Source: Thermodesulfobacteriota bacterium (GTDB taxonomy: Bacteria; Desulfobacterota; Desulfarculia; JACQYL01). Taken from it: a stretch of DNA of 64,000 bases. The position numbers and the translations under genes were made by a program. The stretch is taken from NCBI GenBank assembly GCA_963675595.2, contig CAXXLZ010000002.1, positions 4,544,001 to 4,608,000 on the forward strand, written 5' to 3'. Of the stretch, positions 1-11,128 are shown one piece after another. The notes beneath the pieces are model-generated. The model was given only the letters and a program-made list of their open reading frames with translations. It ran no database searches and was not told the origin of the DNA. Position 1 is the first letter of the stretch. Each line of letters starts with the position of its first letter.

Positions 1-504
1 CCCGGCGCAGAATACGAGCGGGTTATTCATATTTCGGTGGACGGTCTCCAGCCGGTGGTGGCCTGTCCCAATTCTCCGGACAACACGGCCCCCGTGCCCG
101 AAGTCCGGGACGTTCGTATCGATCAGGTCTTCATCGGAAGCTGCACCAACGGCCGCATCGAAGACCTCAGGAGCGCCGCGCAGGTCTTGGCGGGCAGGCA
201 AAGGCACAAAGACGTGCGGGTCATCGTGGTGCCGGGTTCCCCGTTGGTCTACAGGCAGGCGTTGAACGAAGGTCTGTTCCAGGTCTTTCTGGACGCCGGC
301 GCGGTCATCGGACCTCCCACCTGCGGCCCCTGTTTGGGAGGTCACATGGGAGTTCTCGCTAAAAAGGAACGGGCCGTATCCACCAGCAACCGCAACTTTG
401 TGGGACGCATGGGACACCCGGAGAGCGAAGTCTATCTGGCCAATCCCGCGGTGGCCGCCGCTTCGGCGATCCTGGGCAGGGTGGCTTCTCCCGAGGAGCT
501 GTAA
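1..504 (+). CDS. leuC: 3-isopropylmalate dehydratase large subunit (5'-truncated by window edge)
   Basis: Motifs [35 protein letters not shown]; frame open from position 1; upstream of leuD. Confidence 0.93.
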   Translation, partial: PGAEYERVIHISVDGLQPVVACPNSPDNTAPVPEVRDVRIDQVFIGSCTNGRIEDLRSAAQVLAGRQRHKDVRVIVVPGSPLVYRQALNEGLFQVFLDAGAVIGPPTCGPCLGGHMGVLAKKERAVSTSNRNFVGRMGHPESEVYLANPAVAAASAILGRVASPEEL

Positions 505-655
505 CGGGCCGTTGAAAAACGCGATCCGCGGTGTGGCGCTTCACCCCTCGTCACTGAGACGTACTCCATGTACGTTTTACTCCTCGGGAGTTGCGCGCCT
601 CGCAGGTAATCGTTTCTTTGCCGGCCTGTGACCCCGGCCCTTTTCAACGGGCCGG
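505..655. repeat. ~150-bp MITE/REP-like element with terminal inverted repeats
   Basis: CCGTTGAAAA (509-518) / TTTTCAACGG (641-650) perfect IR; diverged reverse-complement copy at 54222-54381. Confidence 0.65.
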
Positions 656-732
656 TAAGTCCCCAACGCATGTCCGGCGCCGGACGCAAACGGGTCCGGC
701 GTCTTCCCCCACATGAGGAGGCTCAACAGAGA

Positions 733-1248
733 ATGGAAGGAAATGTGCTGGTCTTAGGGGACCATATCGACACGGACGTGATCATTCCCGCCCGATATTT
801 GACGCAGAGCGATGAGGCGTTTCTGGCCAAATACTGCTTCGCGGACCTTCATCCCGATTTCAGCGAGAAGGTAAAACCCGGAGACATTCTCGTGGCCGGA
901 GTCAATTTCGGTTGCGGCTCTTCGAGAGAGCATGCCCCCCTGGCCATCAAGGCCGCCGGGGTGTCCTGCGTCATCGCGTCGAGTTTCGCCCGGATTTTCT
1001 ATCGAAACTCCTTCAACATCGGGTTGCCCATCCTGGAATCTCCCGAGGCCGCGGCCGCGGTGCGTTCAGGCGACCGCCTGTCCGTGGATTTCGAAGCCGG
1101 AGAGATTCGCAACCTGACACGCAACGAAACCTATCACGCGGAGCCCATTCCCAAGTTCATGCTGGAGTTGGTCGAAGCCGGCGGCTTGGTGAACTACATT
1201 CGCGAGAAGAAACTGGGCAAAGACCGGGAAGGGACGGCGGCGCGATAA
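733..1248 (+). CDS. leuD: 3-isopropylmalate dehydratase small subunit
   Basis: GDHIDTDVIIPARYL, NFGCGSSREHA, SFARIFYRN; GAGGAG RBS at 715-720. Confidence 0.93.
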   Translation: MEGNVLVLGDHIDTDVIIPARYLTQSDEAFLAKYCFADLHPDFSEKVKPGDILVAGVNFGCGSSREHAPLAIKAAGVSCVIASSFARIFYRNSFNIGLPILESPEAAAAVRSGDRLSVDFEAGEIRNLTRNETYHAEPIPKFMLELVEAGGLVNYIREKKLGKDREGTAAR

Positions 1249-1391
1249 TCGCGCCGTAACTGTTCGGGACGGCCGGGGAGTGATTTTTCGAAGTGCTCCG
1301 GCATTTTGGAATTCCGGCGCCGAACATCAGCCGTGGCGAGTCAAGAATCTTACCACTCCCTGAAACTCAGATAAGGAAACGGGAAGACAAC

Positions 1392-3050
1392 ATGCAAAGC
1401 GACAAAGTGAAAAAGGGAGTCGAGCGTGCGCCCCATCGGTCTCTGTTCAAGGCCCTGGGATGTACGGACGAGGAGCTTAAGCGGCCGCTCATCGGCATCG
1501 CCGATCCGGCCAACACGATTATTCCGGGGCATATGCACCTGAACCAGGTGGTGGAGGCGGTGAAGGCCGGGGTTTACATGGCCGGGGGCACGCCCATTAC
1601 GTTCGGCACGGTGGGCGTCTGCGACGGCATCGCCATGAACCATGAGGGTATGAAATACTCTTTGGTCAGTCGCGAACTCATCGCCGATTCGGTGGAAATC
1701 ATGGCCAAAGCCCATGCGTTCGACGCTCTGGTGCTGGTTCCCAATTGCGATAAAATCATTCCCGGGATGATCATGGCCGCAGCTCGGCTGGACCTGCCCG
1801 CCCTGGTGGTCAGCGGAGGACCCATGCTGGCCGGGACGCACGGCGACAAGAAGGTCGACCTGGTGCAGGTGTTCGAGGCCGTGGGCGCGGTGAAAGCCGG
1901 TCGTATGGGGGAGGAGGAACTGACCCTGCTGGAAGAAGAGGCCTGCCCCACCTGTGGGTCCTGCGCCGGCATGTTCACGGCCAATTCCATGAATTGCCTG
2001 ACGGAGAGCCTGGGCATGGGTTTGCCCGGCAACGGGACCATTCCTGCGGTGTATTCTCACAGACTGCGGCTGGCCAAACACGCGGGCATGGCCGTGATGG
2101 ACCTCCTGGCGCGGGACTTGAAACCTTCGGCCATTATGACGGAAGACGCCTTTTATAACGCGTTGGCCGTGGACATGGCCCTGGGCTGCTCCACCAACAC
2201 CATCCTTCATCTCTTGGCCATCGCCCATGAGCGGGGACTGACCATCGACCTTCGGGAAGTGAACCGGATCAGTTCATCGATTCCCAAACTTTGTTCCTTG
2301 AGCCCCGCCGGTGCTCACCATGTGGAAGACCTGCATCGAGCGGGAGGCATTCCGGCGGTGATGAAGGAGTTGGCGCGAGCCGGTTTGCTCCGGGAGACGG
2401 CCCTGACGGTTACGGGCAGGACTCTGGGTGAGAATCTGGCTTCCGTCCCGGGAGGGGACGGGGACGTGGTGCGTCGTGTGGACGAGCCTCTCGCCGCCCA
2501 AGGGGGGCTGGCGGTGCTTTTTGGAAATCTCGCGCCCGAGGGCTGCGTGGTCAAGCAATCCGCCGTGGTGGAGAAGATGCTTCGCCACAGCGGTCCCGCC
2601 CGTGTGTTCGAAAGCGAGGAAGCGGCCTCGGAAACCATTCTCTCGGGCGGAATCCGGGAGGGAGACGTGGTGGTCATCCGATACGAGGGGCCCAAAGGCG
2701 GCCCCGGTATGCGGGAGATGCTCACGCCCACGTCGACCATCGCCGGCATGGGACTGGACGATTCCGTGGCCCTGATTACGGACGGCCGCTTTTCCGGGGC
2801 CACGCGGGGAGCCTCCATCGGGCATGTCAGCCCCGAGGCCATGGAAGGAGGTCTCATCGGCCTCATCCAGGAGGGGGACATCATTGAGATCGATATCCCT
2901 GAAAAACGATTGAATCTTCAGGTGAGCGACGAGGAGATCGCCCGGCGGAAAGCTTCCTGGAAGCCACCGGAACCCAAAGTAAAAGGTGGAGTATTGGGAC
3001 GCTACGCTCGGATGGTCACTTCGGCGTCCACCGGAGCGGTATTTAGATAA
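1392..3050 (+). CDS. ilvD: dihydroxy-acid dehydratase
   Basis: [50 protein letters not shown]. Confidence 0.96.
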   Translation: MQSDKVKKGVERAPHRSLFKALGCTDEELKRPLIGIADPANTIIPGHMHLNQVVEAVKAGVYMAGGTPITFGTVGVCDGIAMNHEGMKYSLVSRELIADSVEIMAKAHAFDALVLVPNCDKIIPGMIMAAARLDLPALVVSGGPMLAGTHGDKKVDLVQVFEAVGAVKAGRMGEEELTLLEEEACPTCGSCAGMFTANSMNCLTESLGMGLPGNGTIPAVYSHRLRLAKHAGMAVMDLLARDLKPSAIMTEDAFYNALAVDMALGCSTNTILHLLAIAHERGLTIDLREVNRISSSIPKLCSLSPAGAHHVEDLHRAGGIPAVMKELARAGLLRETALTVTGRTLGENLASVPGGDGDVVRRVDEPLAAQGGLAVLFGNLAPEGCVVKQSAVVEKMLRHSGPARVFESEEAASETILSGGIREGDVVVIRYEGPKGGPGMREMLTPTSTIAGMGLDDSVALITDGRFSGATRGASIGHVSPEAMEGGLIGLIQEGDIIEIDIPEKRLNLQVSDEEIARRKASWKPPEPKVKGGVLGRYARMVTSASTGAVFR

Positions 3051-3093
3051 TAGAGGGAGGGGTCCGGGTCGGTCCGGGGAACCCTAGTACTTG

Positions 3094-3168
3094 CCCATTC
3101 GGACAATCCGTCGCCGGTAAACCGAATCCGGCGGACGGAACCTTCGGCTGACCCCGAAGCCGAATGGG
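3094..3168 (+). promoter_or_regulatory. candidate structured leader RNA (three-way junction) upstream of ilvB
   Basis: Closing stem CCCATTCGG/CCGAATGGG enclosing two hairpins; function unproven. Confidence 0.35.
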
Positions 3169-3286
3169 GAGGGTGCGGAGGGAGTCTCTCACGGGGTGTT
3201 CATAACGTGGGAGATATCCAAGCCGGGGAAGCGTCCCCGGTGGACCTCCGAACTCCGTGGACTCTCCAGCCAAAAAGGAGTAAGCC

Positions 3287-5029
3287 TTGCCGACTACTGC
3301 AGCAGCCAAAGCCATCGACATGAATGTCGCCAAGCCGAGACCCGTAAAGCGGACCGGCGCGCAGATCCTGTTCGATATCCTCACGGACGAAGGGGTCGAT
3401 GTCATATTCGGTTATCCAGGAGGAGCGGTGATCGATATTTATGACACAATGCCCCAGTATCCCATTCGACACCTACTGATGCGCCACGAACAGGCCGCCG
3501 TGCACGCCACGGACGCCTATTCGCGGACTTCGGGCAAGACGGGTGTTTGCCTGGTGACCAGCGGTCCCGGTGCGACCAACACCGTGACGGGGGTTGCGTC
3601 CGCTTATATGGATTCCATCCCCATGGTGTTGCTGACGGGGCAGGTGCCCAGCCACCTCATTGGAAACGACGCTTTCCAGGAAGTGGATATCGTGGGCATC
3701 ACCCGTCCCTGCACCAAACACAACTACATGGTGAAAGACATTTCCGAATTGGGCCGGATTTTGAGGGAAGCCTTTCTCATCGCCCGATCCGGCAGACCCG
3801 GACCCGTTCTCGTGGACCTGTGCAAGGACGCCATGTCCGCCGTGACGGATTTCATCATGCCGCCTCCGGCGTCTCCCAGGGGATATAATCCCATTTACGC
3901 GCCCCATAAGGGCCAGGTGAAGAAAGCGGTCCAGTTGATCGCCAAGTCAAAGAAACCCGTGGTGCTGGCCGGGGGAGGCGTGGTGCTTTCCGGAGCGGCG
4001 GAGGAGCTTGCCCGGTTCGTGGAAAAAATATGGGCTCCGGTCACCGGAACATTGATGGGCCTCGGCGGTTTTCCCGGAACCCATGAGTTATGGTTGGGCA
4101 TGTTGGGAATGCACGGTACCTACCGTGCCAACATGGCGGTGAGCGAGTGTGATCTTCTGGTGAGCATCGGCTGCAGATTCGACGACCGCGTCACCGGAAA
4201 AATCGACGCCTTCGCATCCCACGCCAAGATCATTCACATCGATATCGATCCCACGTCCATCCGCAAGAATATTCAAGTGGAAGTCCCCGTGGTCGGTGAC
4301 TGTAAAGCCACTCTCAAGGAACTTAACCGCCTGCTCAACGACGAGGAATTTCCGGAGCTTCGAGAGTCGCGAAAACCTTGGCTCGATCAGATCGAGCATT
4401 GGAAGGGCAGCGCGCCTCTGGCCTACAACCAGACGGACACCATCAAACCCCAGTTCGTGGTGGAGAAGCTGTACGAGCTTACCGAAGGAAAGGCCATCAT
4501 CACCACGGAGGTAGGCCAGAACCAGATGTGGGCCGCCCAGTACTACCATTTCGACCGGCCCAACAGCTTCGTCACCTCCGGCGGTCTGGGGTGCATGGGG
4601 TTCGGTCTGCCCGCGGCCATTGGAGCGCAGGTGGCGTGCCCCGATCGCCTGGTCATCGACATCGCCGGCGACGGCAGCATCCAGATGAACAGCCAGGAAT
4701 TCGCCACCGCCGTCCAAAACAAGCTGCCCGTCAAAGTGGCCATTCTCAATAACGGGTACCTGGGCATGGTGCGGCAATGGCAGGAACTCTTCAAAGAGAA
4801 ACGTTACGTGGCTACGGACATGCCTGCCGCTCCCGATTTCGTCAAGCTGGCCGACGCCTATGGAGCCGTGGGGCTCAGAGCTAAGCGACCCGATGAAGTG
4901 GAGGCCGTGATCCGAAAGGCCATCGATACCGACGGCCCGGTAATCATGGAATTCATCGTGGAACGTGAGGAAAGCGTTTATCCCATGGTGCCGGCGGGCG
5001 CCGCAATGACGGACATGCTTCTGGTGTGA
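3287..5029 (+). CDS. ilvB: acetolactate synthase large subunit
   Basis: FGYPGGAV, RHEQAAVH, TSGPGATN, GDGS...NN TPP motif, GMVRQWQ; AAGGAG RBS before TTG. Confidence 0.95.
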   Translation: MPTTAAAKAIDMNVAKPRPVKRTGAQILFDILTDEGVDVIFGYPGGAVIDIYDTMPQYPIRHLLMRHEQAAVHATDAYSRTSGKTGVCLVTSGPGATNTVTGVASAYMDSIPMVLLTGQVPSHLIGNDAFQEVDIVGITRPCTKHNYMVKDISELGRILREAFLIARSGRPGPVLVDLCKDAMSAVTDFIMPPPASPRGYNPIYAPHKGQVKKAVQLIAKSKKPVVLAGGGVVLSGAAEELARFVEKIWAPVTGTLMGLGGFPGTHELWLGMLGMHGTYRANMAVSECDLLVSIGCRFDDRVTGKIDAFASHAKIIHIDIDPTSIRKNIQVEVPVVGDCKATLKELNRLLNDEEFPELRESRKPWLDQIEHWKGSAPLAYNQTDTIKPQFVVEKLYELTEGKAIITTEVGQNQMWAAQYYHFDRPNSFVTSGGLGCMGFGLPAAIGAQVACPDRLVIDIAGDGSIQMNSQEFATAVQNKLPVKVAILNNGYLGMVRQWQELFKEKRYVATDMPAAPDFVKLADAYGAVGLRAKRPDEVEAVIRKAIDTDGPVIMEFIVEREESVYPMVPAGAAMTDMLLV

Positions 5030-5050
5030 CCCGGAATGAGGAACGACAAC

Positions 5051-5554
5051 ATGGCTCAAGAGGAGAAGCATACCTTATCCATCCTCGTGTCCAATGAACC
5101 GGGCGTGCTCAGTCGCGTGTCCGGTTTGTTCAGCGGACGGGGATTCAATATCGTCAGCTTGAACGTGGCGGAAACCCTCGACCCCACACTGTCCCGCATC
5201 ACGCTCGTGTCCACCGGGGAAACCCAGATTCACGAGCAAATCAATAAACAGTTGCGGAAGCTCATCAGTGTGATTAAAGTGGTGGACTTCACCGACGGCG
5301 AGTGCGTCCAGCGGGAGCTGGCCCTGATCAAGGTCCGAACGGCGAGCGAGCATCGGGCGGAGGTCCTGCGCATCGTGGACATCTTTCGCTGCAAAGTCGT
5401 GGATGTTTCCCCGCAGGACTATATTATCGAAGTCACAGGAAATGTAGGAAAAATCGAAGCGTTGATCGATCTGCTCAAACCCATAGGCACTCTCGACGTC
5501 GCGCGGACCGGAGTGATCGCCATGGCACGGAGCAAGAAAGGAAGCAGAAAATGA
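5051..5554 (+). CDS. ilvH: acetolactate synthase small regulatory subunit (ilvH/ilvN)
   Basis: ACT domain [32 protein letters not shown]. Confidence 0.95.
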   Translation: MAQEEKHTLSILVSNEPGVLSRVSGLFSGRGFNIVSLNVAETLDPTLSRITLVSTGETQIHEQINKQLRKLISVIKVVDFTDGECVQRELALIKVRTASEHRAEVLRIVDIFRCKVVDVSPQDYIIEVTGNVGKIEALIDLLKPIGTLDVARTGVIAMARSKKGSRK

Positions 5555-6549
5555 AAATATTTTATGAAAAAGATGCGGACCTGTCGTTGCTGCAGGGCAT
5601 AAAGGTGGCCGTTTTGGGATTCGGGAGCCAGGGACACGCCCAGGCGCTGAACCTCCGCGACAGCGGCGTGGACGTGGTCATCGGCCAGAAGCCGGGCGGT
5701 GCGGGTTTTGAGCTTGCCAAGAAATTCGGTTTCGATCCCAAACCCGTTTCCGAAGCGGTGGCCGCCGCTCAGGTGATCCAGGTGTTGGTGCCGGACCATA
5801 TCCAGGCCGACCTCTACAAGAATGAGATTTTGCCCGGTTTGACCGAGGGCAAGATGCTTCTTTTTTCCCACGGGTTCTGCATCCATTACGGTCAGATCCT
5901 GCCTCCCGACAATGTGGACGTGGCCATGGTGGCGCCCAAGGGACCGGGTCACCTGGTACGCCGAGAGTACGAACGGGGCGCCGGAGTGCCCTCTTTGGTG
6001 GCGGTGGAACAGGATGCCACGGGCAAGGCGTTGGATCGAGCCCTGGCCTATGCCAAAGGCATTGGAGCGACCCGGGCCGGCGTAATCGAAACTTCCTTCC
6101 GCGAAGAGACGGAGACCGACCTGTTCGGTGAGCAGGCGGTGCTCTGCGGCGGAGTCACCGCTCTGATCAAGGCGGGTTTCGAGACTTTGGTGGACGCGGG
6201 CTATGCGCCGGAAATCGCCTACTTCGAGTGCTGCCACGAAATGAAGCTTATTGTGGACCTGATCTATGAAGGCGGGTTGAGCAGGATGCGGTACAGCATC
6301 AGCGACACCGCCGAATACGGCGACTTGACCCGGGGCGATCGGATCATTGGGCCGGAAGTCCGGGAAGAGATGGAATACATCCTGGAGGAAATCCAGTCCG
6401 GAGAATTCGCCAAGGAATGGATTCTGGAAAACAAGGCCAACCGGCCCGTACTCAACGCTCTTCGCCGTCGCGAGGCCGAGAACCCCATTGAGGAAGTGGG
6501 TTCGAAGCTGCGCTCCATGATGGGCTGGCTGAAGAAGGAAGAATGCTGA
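5551..6549 (+). CDS. ilvC: ketol-acid reductoisomerase
   Basis: [40 protein letters not shown]; ATGA overlap with ilvH. Confidence 0.97.
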   Translation: MKIFYEKDADLSLLQGIKVAVLGFGSQGHAQALNLRDSGVDVVIGQKPGGAGFELAKKFGFDPKPVSEAVAAAQVIQVLVPDHIQADLYKNEILPGLTEGKMLLFSHGFCIHYGQILPPDNVDVAMVAPKGPGHLVRREYERGAGVPSLVAVEQDATGKALDRALAYAKGIGATRAGVIETSFREETETDLFGEQAVLCGGVTALIKAGFETLVDAGYAPEIAYFECCHEMKLIVDLIYEGGLSRMRYSISDTAEYGDLTRGDRIIGPEVREEMEYILEEIQSGEFAKEWILENKANRPVLNALRRREAENPIEEVGSKLRSMMGWLKKEEC

Positions 6550-6624
6550 TCTCGGGATAAGGCTCATGCGTCCGGGAGCTGCTTCCCCGGCTCCCGGACC
6601 TCTAACCGATACCTGGAAGGATTC

Positions 6625-7701
6625 ATGAAAAGCGAATATGCGATTGCTCTGATTCCGGGGGACGCCACCGGACCCGAAGTGACGGCCGAAGCCGTCAAGG
6701 TGCTCGAGACCGTCGCCGAGGTCACGGGAGTGAAGTTTCGGTTTCAGCCTTACGACCTGGGAGGGGAGCGGTATAAGAAGACCGGTGATCTGTTGCCGGA
6801 CGGCGTGTTGGACGAATTGAAGGGCTTCGATGCCATCCTGTTGGGAGCCATCGGGCATCCCGACGTGCGTCCCGGTATTCTGGAAAAGGAAATTCTGCTC
6901 AAGCTGCGGTTCGAACTGGACCTGTACATCAATCTACGGCCGGTGAAACTTCTTGAGGGAGTGGACACGCCCGTAAAAGACAAAGGTCCCGAAGACATCG
7001 ATTTTGTGGTGGTTCGCGAAAACTCGGAAGGATTGTACACCGGGGGCGGCGGTTTCCTACGGAAAGGGACTCCGGACGAGGTGGCCGTGCAGGAATCCAT
7101 CAACACCCGAAAGGGAGTGGAGCGATGCCTGCGTTACGCTTTTGAAGCCTGCCGCAAGCGGGACGAGGACAAGAAACTGACCTTATGCGGCAAGACCAAC
7201 GTGCTCACCTACGCCTTCGATCTTTGGAAGCGGACCTTCGACGAGATTTCCGGTGAATATCCGGACATCGCAACCGATTATGCTCACGTAGACGCCATCT
7301 GCATGTGGATGGTGAAGAATCCCGAATGGTTCGACGTCATCGTCACGGACAACATGTTCGGCGATATCATTACGGACCTGGGGGCCATGATCCAGGGCGG
7401 CATGGGAGTCGCTGCGGGGGGGAACATCAATCCCCGGGGCGTGTCCATGTTCGAGCCCATTGGAGGCAGTGCTCCAAAATACGCGGGCAAGAACGTGATC
7501 AACCCCATCGCCTGCATTTGCGCGGCGCAGATGCTGCTCGATCATCTTGAATTGTCCGAGGGCGCCGCCCGAATTTCCGCTGCGGTAAGAAAAGCGGTGA
7601 AGGACGATCTGAAGAGTATGAATGCCGGTTCCATGGGCATGGGAACGCGGGAAGTCGGGGACTTGGTGGCCGGATATGTGAAGACCGGGGACTCGAACTA
7701 G
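6625..7701 (+). CDS. leuB: 3-isopropylmalate dehydrogenase
   Basis: [34 protein letters not shown]; BCAA operon context. Confidence 0.88.
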   Translation: MKSEYAIALIPGDATGPEVTAEAVKVLETVAEVTGVKFRFQPYDLGGERYKKTGDLLPDGVLDELKGFDAILLGAIGHPDVRPGILEKEILLKLRFELDLYINLRPVKLLEGVDTPVKDKGPEDIDFVVVRENSEGLYTGGGGFLRKGTPDEVAVQESINTRKGVERCLRYAFEACRKRDEDKKLTLCGKTNVLTYAFDLWKRTFDEISGEYPDIATDYAHVDAICMWMVKNPEWFDVIVTDNMFGDIITDLGAMIQGGMGVAAGGNINPRGVSMFEPIGGSAPKYAGKNVINPIACICAAQMLLDHLELSEGAARISAAVRKAVKDDLKSMNAGSMGMGTREVGDLVAGYVKTGDSN

Positions 7702-7741
7702 GAAATCGCCTGTTTACGGGCGGCTTCAAATCGAGCAGGAA

Positions 7742-7783
7742 AAGAAAGCGGGGGAGCTTACGGACAAGCTCTCCCGCTTCTTA
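7742..7783. terminator. probable bidirectional intrinsic terminator
   Basis: AAGAAAGCGGGGGAGCTT-ACGGAC-AAGCTCTCCCGCTTCTT hairpin between convergent genes. Confidence 0.7.
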
Positions 7784-7811
7784 TTTCTGCATGGTGCGTA
7801 TGGAGGCGCTG

Positions 7812-8345
7812 TTATTTGACCGCCTCGGCCTCGTTCCCGGCTCCCTTCCATGCGAAGATCCCGCCCGGGTACCGATAGACGTTCTTGTATCCCAGCTTCA
7901 CCGCCCAGGCCGCGCCGTTGTGGCTTCGGGTGCATTTTACGAACCCGCAGTAGATCACAATGGTCTTGTCCTTATCGGGGCCCAACAAGGCTTCGAAGTC
8001 TTCCTGAGTCTTGCCGTCGGTTTCGTTCACGTCCCAGATTTCCATATCGGGAATGGGGAACAGGAACTGCTTGGCGCCGGGTACATGCTCTTTTTTGTAG
8101 CTCGCTTCATAGGGCATGGTATCCACGATGATCATGTCCTTGCCCTCATCGATCCACTTTTTCAACTGATCCGTGGACACGACCTGGTATCCGCCCCGCA
8201 TGATTTCCCCATGCAACTTGAGGGCCGACTTTTCCTTCTCCACTTCCTCCTCGAACTTGCTCCCGAAGAAACCGAAGGACGAACCGGCAAGACCCACGGT
8301 AAACACCAGGGCCAAGGTGAAACAGAACAGCTTCATGCTTCGCAT
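7812..8345 (-). CDS. exported rhodanese-like domain protein
   Basis: Signal peptide; HVPGA, IVIYCGFVKCTRSH, GGIFAWK. Confidence 0.85.
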   Translation of the reverse strand: MRSMKLFCFTLALVFTVGLAGSSFGFFGSKFEEEVEKEKSALKLHGEIMRGGYQVVSTDQLKKWIDEGKDMIIVDTMPYEASYKKEHVPGAKQFLFPIPDMEIWDVNETDGKTQEDFEALLGPDKDKTIVIYCGFVKCTRSHNGAAWAVKLGYKNVYRYPGGIFAWKGAGNEAEAVK

Positions 8346-8896
8346 CGTTTGTACTCCCCTTTCTGTTGGATTTTTTTTCGAATCCGATCCCAGGGCCGAA
8401 CCGGTTCAAATTTGTGGGCGGCCCGCCACCAATACAAAAACAAGGCGGAGCCCACCATCCCGAAATCCCGAACCACGGCGGACCGGAGGTTACCTACGGC
8501 GTCTCCTTCAGGATCTCCCGGACCAAAGCAGCCGCAGTCCACATCGAGTCCCATGGCGATGGCGTATGCGAGCACAAGGAGAAACATTCCCAGAAGGGCG
8601 GTAATCACGGAAAGCGATCCCCTGATGTGAAACAGCAACCCGATACCGGCCAGAAGCTCAAGGGGTGCGAGGAATAGGGCGGCCGGCTCGATGAGTGGGC
8701 GAGGCAGTACGTTGTAGGCGTGGATCACCCGCGCGAAGCCTTCCAGGTCCTGGACCTTGAGCGATCCCGCAAGGATGAACAACCCGGCCAGAGTCCAATT
8801 GAGCGCCCGATAGGACCAGATGGAATGCACGGCTCGTTGAAAAAGGGTCACGTCCGTTCTCCGACGCCGCCACGGGCGGCGTGCCTCAGGTTTCAT
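8333..8896 (-). CDS. MauE/DoxX-family redox membrane protein (true start probably ~8850)
   Basis: Four hydrophobic segments, FILAGSLK, DCGCFG, RD motif. Confidence 0.85.
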   Translation of the reverse strand: MKPEARRPWRRRRTDVTLFQRAVHSIWSYRALNWTLAGLFILAGSLKVQDLEGFARVIHAYNVLPRPLIEPAALFLAPLELLAGIGLLFHIRGSLSVITALLGMFLLVLAYAIAMGLDVDCGCFGPGDPEGDAVGNLRSAVVRDFGMVGSALFLYWWRAAHKFEPVRPWDRIRKKIQQKGEYKRCEA

Positions 8897-9151
8897 GAGA
8901 ATCCGGCTGGAGAGTTAACACTCCATATATGTGTAAAGCAAATCGAAAAAATGAATGATTCCGGTATATTGACATTATGGATTCTGATTGCCCATTGGGC
9001 GGCCCGGCATGGAACGCGCTGAAATTCATGACCCTGTGGGGGCGAGGCAGGTTGACTCATGAGGAAGGATGAGCCTAAATGCTGCTTTTGAGAGTTCAAC
9101 GCATGGTCTCGGTTTACGTGGAGAGCGGGGCAGTTCAATACGGGAGCGCAT

Positions 9152-11128
9152 ATGATCGTTGTCGGTATCGATACCGGAGGAACCTTCACGGACTTCATCT
9201 TTCGGAAGGGCGATGACTGGGCGGTGTACAAGTGTCTGTCCACTCCGGATAATCCCGCCGAGGCCATTCTTGGGGGACTCGAACGAGTTGCCGGTAAGGC
9301 CGGGCGTACCGTGGTTCACGGCTCCACCGTGGCCACCAACGCCATTCTTGAACGAAAAGGAGTGGTCACGGCGCTGGTGACCACTCGCGGTTTCGAGGAC
9401 ATCATTGAGATCGGACGTCAAAACCGAACACGGCTTTACGATTTGGCATACCGAAAAGAACCGCACATCGTGCCTCAAAGCCTTCGGTTCGGGGTTCCCG
9501 GACGGATCGACAGCGGCGGGCGGATCATAGAGGAATTCGATTCCGAGACCGCTTTGGAAATCGCCCGGCAAGTTCGGGAATCCGGAGCGGAATCCGCGGC
9601 GGTTTGCTTTCTGTTTTCCTTTCTCAATCCCGACCACGAGGCTCGGATGAAAGGCCTGCTCGAGGACATCGGAGTGGCGGTGTCCGCCTCCCACGAGATT
9701 CTATCGGAATTCAGGGAGTATGAACGCACGTCCACCACGGTGATCAATGCGTACGTCTCCCCCAAAATGAAACGATACCTGGGTCATCTCTCCGACCATC
9801 TCGGTCCCGAAGATCGACTTCGCATCATGCAGTCCAACGGAGGGAGCATTTCCGCCGAAACCGCCATGCGTGAGTCGGTCCGCACCATCCTTTCCGGCCC
9901 GGCCGGAGGAGCGGTGGGCGCTTGGGAAACGGCCCGCACCGGGGGATTCGAACGGATCATCAGCTTCGACATGGGAGGCACCTCGACGGATGTGTCCCTC
10001 ATGGACGGGTCGCTCTCTTTGACCCTTGAGTCTTCCGTATCCAATTATCCGGTAAAGGTCCCCATGGTGGACATCCACACCGTGGGAGCCGGCGGCGGTT
10101 CCATCGCCGTGCTGGACCCGGGAGGGGCTTTGCGGGTCGGCCCTGAAAGCGCGGGCGCGGATCCCGGTCCCGTGTGCTACGGCAAAGGCTCGCGGATTAC
10201 GGTTACGGATGCGGACCTGTTCCTGGGAAGGCTCATCCCCGACCATTTTCTCGGGGGCCACATGCGCCTGAAAACCGAAGCCGTAGAGGACCACTTCCGG
10301 GCCATGGCCAAGGTTTCAGGACTTTCGCCTCTGGAACTCGCCGAGGGCATTCTGGCCGTGGTGAACACTTCCATGGAAAAGGCGATTCGGGTGATCTCCG
10401 TGGAACGAGGACATGACGTCCGGGAGTTCGCTTTATTGGCCTTCGGCGGCGCGGGGGGACTACACTCGGCATTCCTGGCACGACTGCTCAATATCCCGAG
10501 AGTCCTCATTCCCGCCCATCCGGGAATTCTTTCCGCCATGGGCATGCTCATGGCGGACGTCATCAAGGATTACTCTCTCACGGTCATGCTTCGTGCCGAC
10601 TCATGGGACCGGGAAGACCTGGAGAACCGTTTCCGTTCCCTCGAAGAGCGCGGTTTTGAGGAGTTGGAGCAGGAGGGAATTCCCGGGGAGCGGACCCTTC
10701 CGGAACGCTTCTTGGACATGCGCTATAAAGGCCAATCCTACGAAATCGTGGTGCCCTATTCGGGCGGAGGTACGGTAGAAGAGTTTCACCGCCTTCATGA
10801 GAAGCGGTACGGATACCGAAAGCCGGCCACTCCGGTGGAACTGGTGAATTTGAGGCTGAGAGTCCGGGGCGTTCCGACTAAGCCTTCTCCGCGCGCTTAT
10901 CCAAAAGGAGACGCCGATCCGCCGGACGGGGCCGTGTTGGGAAGTCGTAAGGTGGTGTTCGACGGTCGGTGGGAATCCACTCGCATTCTGCGACGTGATC
11001 AACTCCTCGCCGGCAACCGAATTCCCGGTCCCGCCGTAGTGGTGGAATACAGCGCCACCACGGTGATTCCGCCCGCATGCGAAGGGCGGGTCGATTCCAA
11101 CGGCAACTTGGTCATCAGTATTGAGTGA
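9152..11128 (+). CDS. hydantoinase/oxoprolinase subunit A (ATP-hydrolysing)
   Basis: GIDTGGTFTD, HGSTVATNA, SGPAGG, DMGGTSTD, GAGGGS. Confidence 0.92.
   Translation: MIVVGIDTGGTFTDFIFRKGDDWAVYKCLSTPDNPAEAILGGLERVAGKAGRTVVHGSTVATNAILERKGVVTALVTTRGFEDIIEIGRQNRTRLYDLAYRKEPHIVPQSLRFGVPGRIDSGGRIIEEFDSETALEIARQVRESGAESAAVCFLFSFLNPDHEARMKGLLEDIGVAVSASHEILSEFREYERTSTTVINAYVSPKMKRYLGHLSDHLGPEDRLRIMQSNGGSISAETAMRESVRTILSGPAGGAVGAWETARTGGFERIISFDMGGTSTDVSLMDGSLSLTLESSVSNYPVKVPMVDIHTVGAGGGSIAVLDPGGALRVGPESAGADPGPVCYGKGSRITVTDADLFLGRLIPDHFLGGHMRLKTEAVEDHFRAMAKVSGLSPLELAEGILAVVNTSMEKAIRVISVERGHDVREFALLAFGGAGGLHSAFLARLLNIPRVLIPAHPGILSAMGMLMADVIKDYSLTVMLRADSWDREDLENRFRSLEERGFEELEQEGIPGERTLPERFLDMRYKGQSYEIVVPYSGGGTVEEFHRLHEKRYGYRKPATPVELVNLRLRVRGVPTKPSPRAYPKGDADPPDGAVLGSRKVVFDGRWESTRILRRDQLLAGNRIPGPAVVVEYSATTVIPPACEGRVDSNGNLVISIE

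Noticed and set aside
5419-6858. 479-aa minus-strand ORF, and similar long antisense ORFs (4088-5071, 34947-36005, 47986-49311)
   Set aside because: Shadows of GC-rich genes on the opposite strand.
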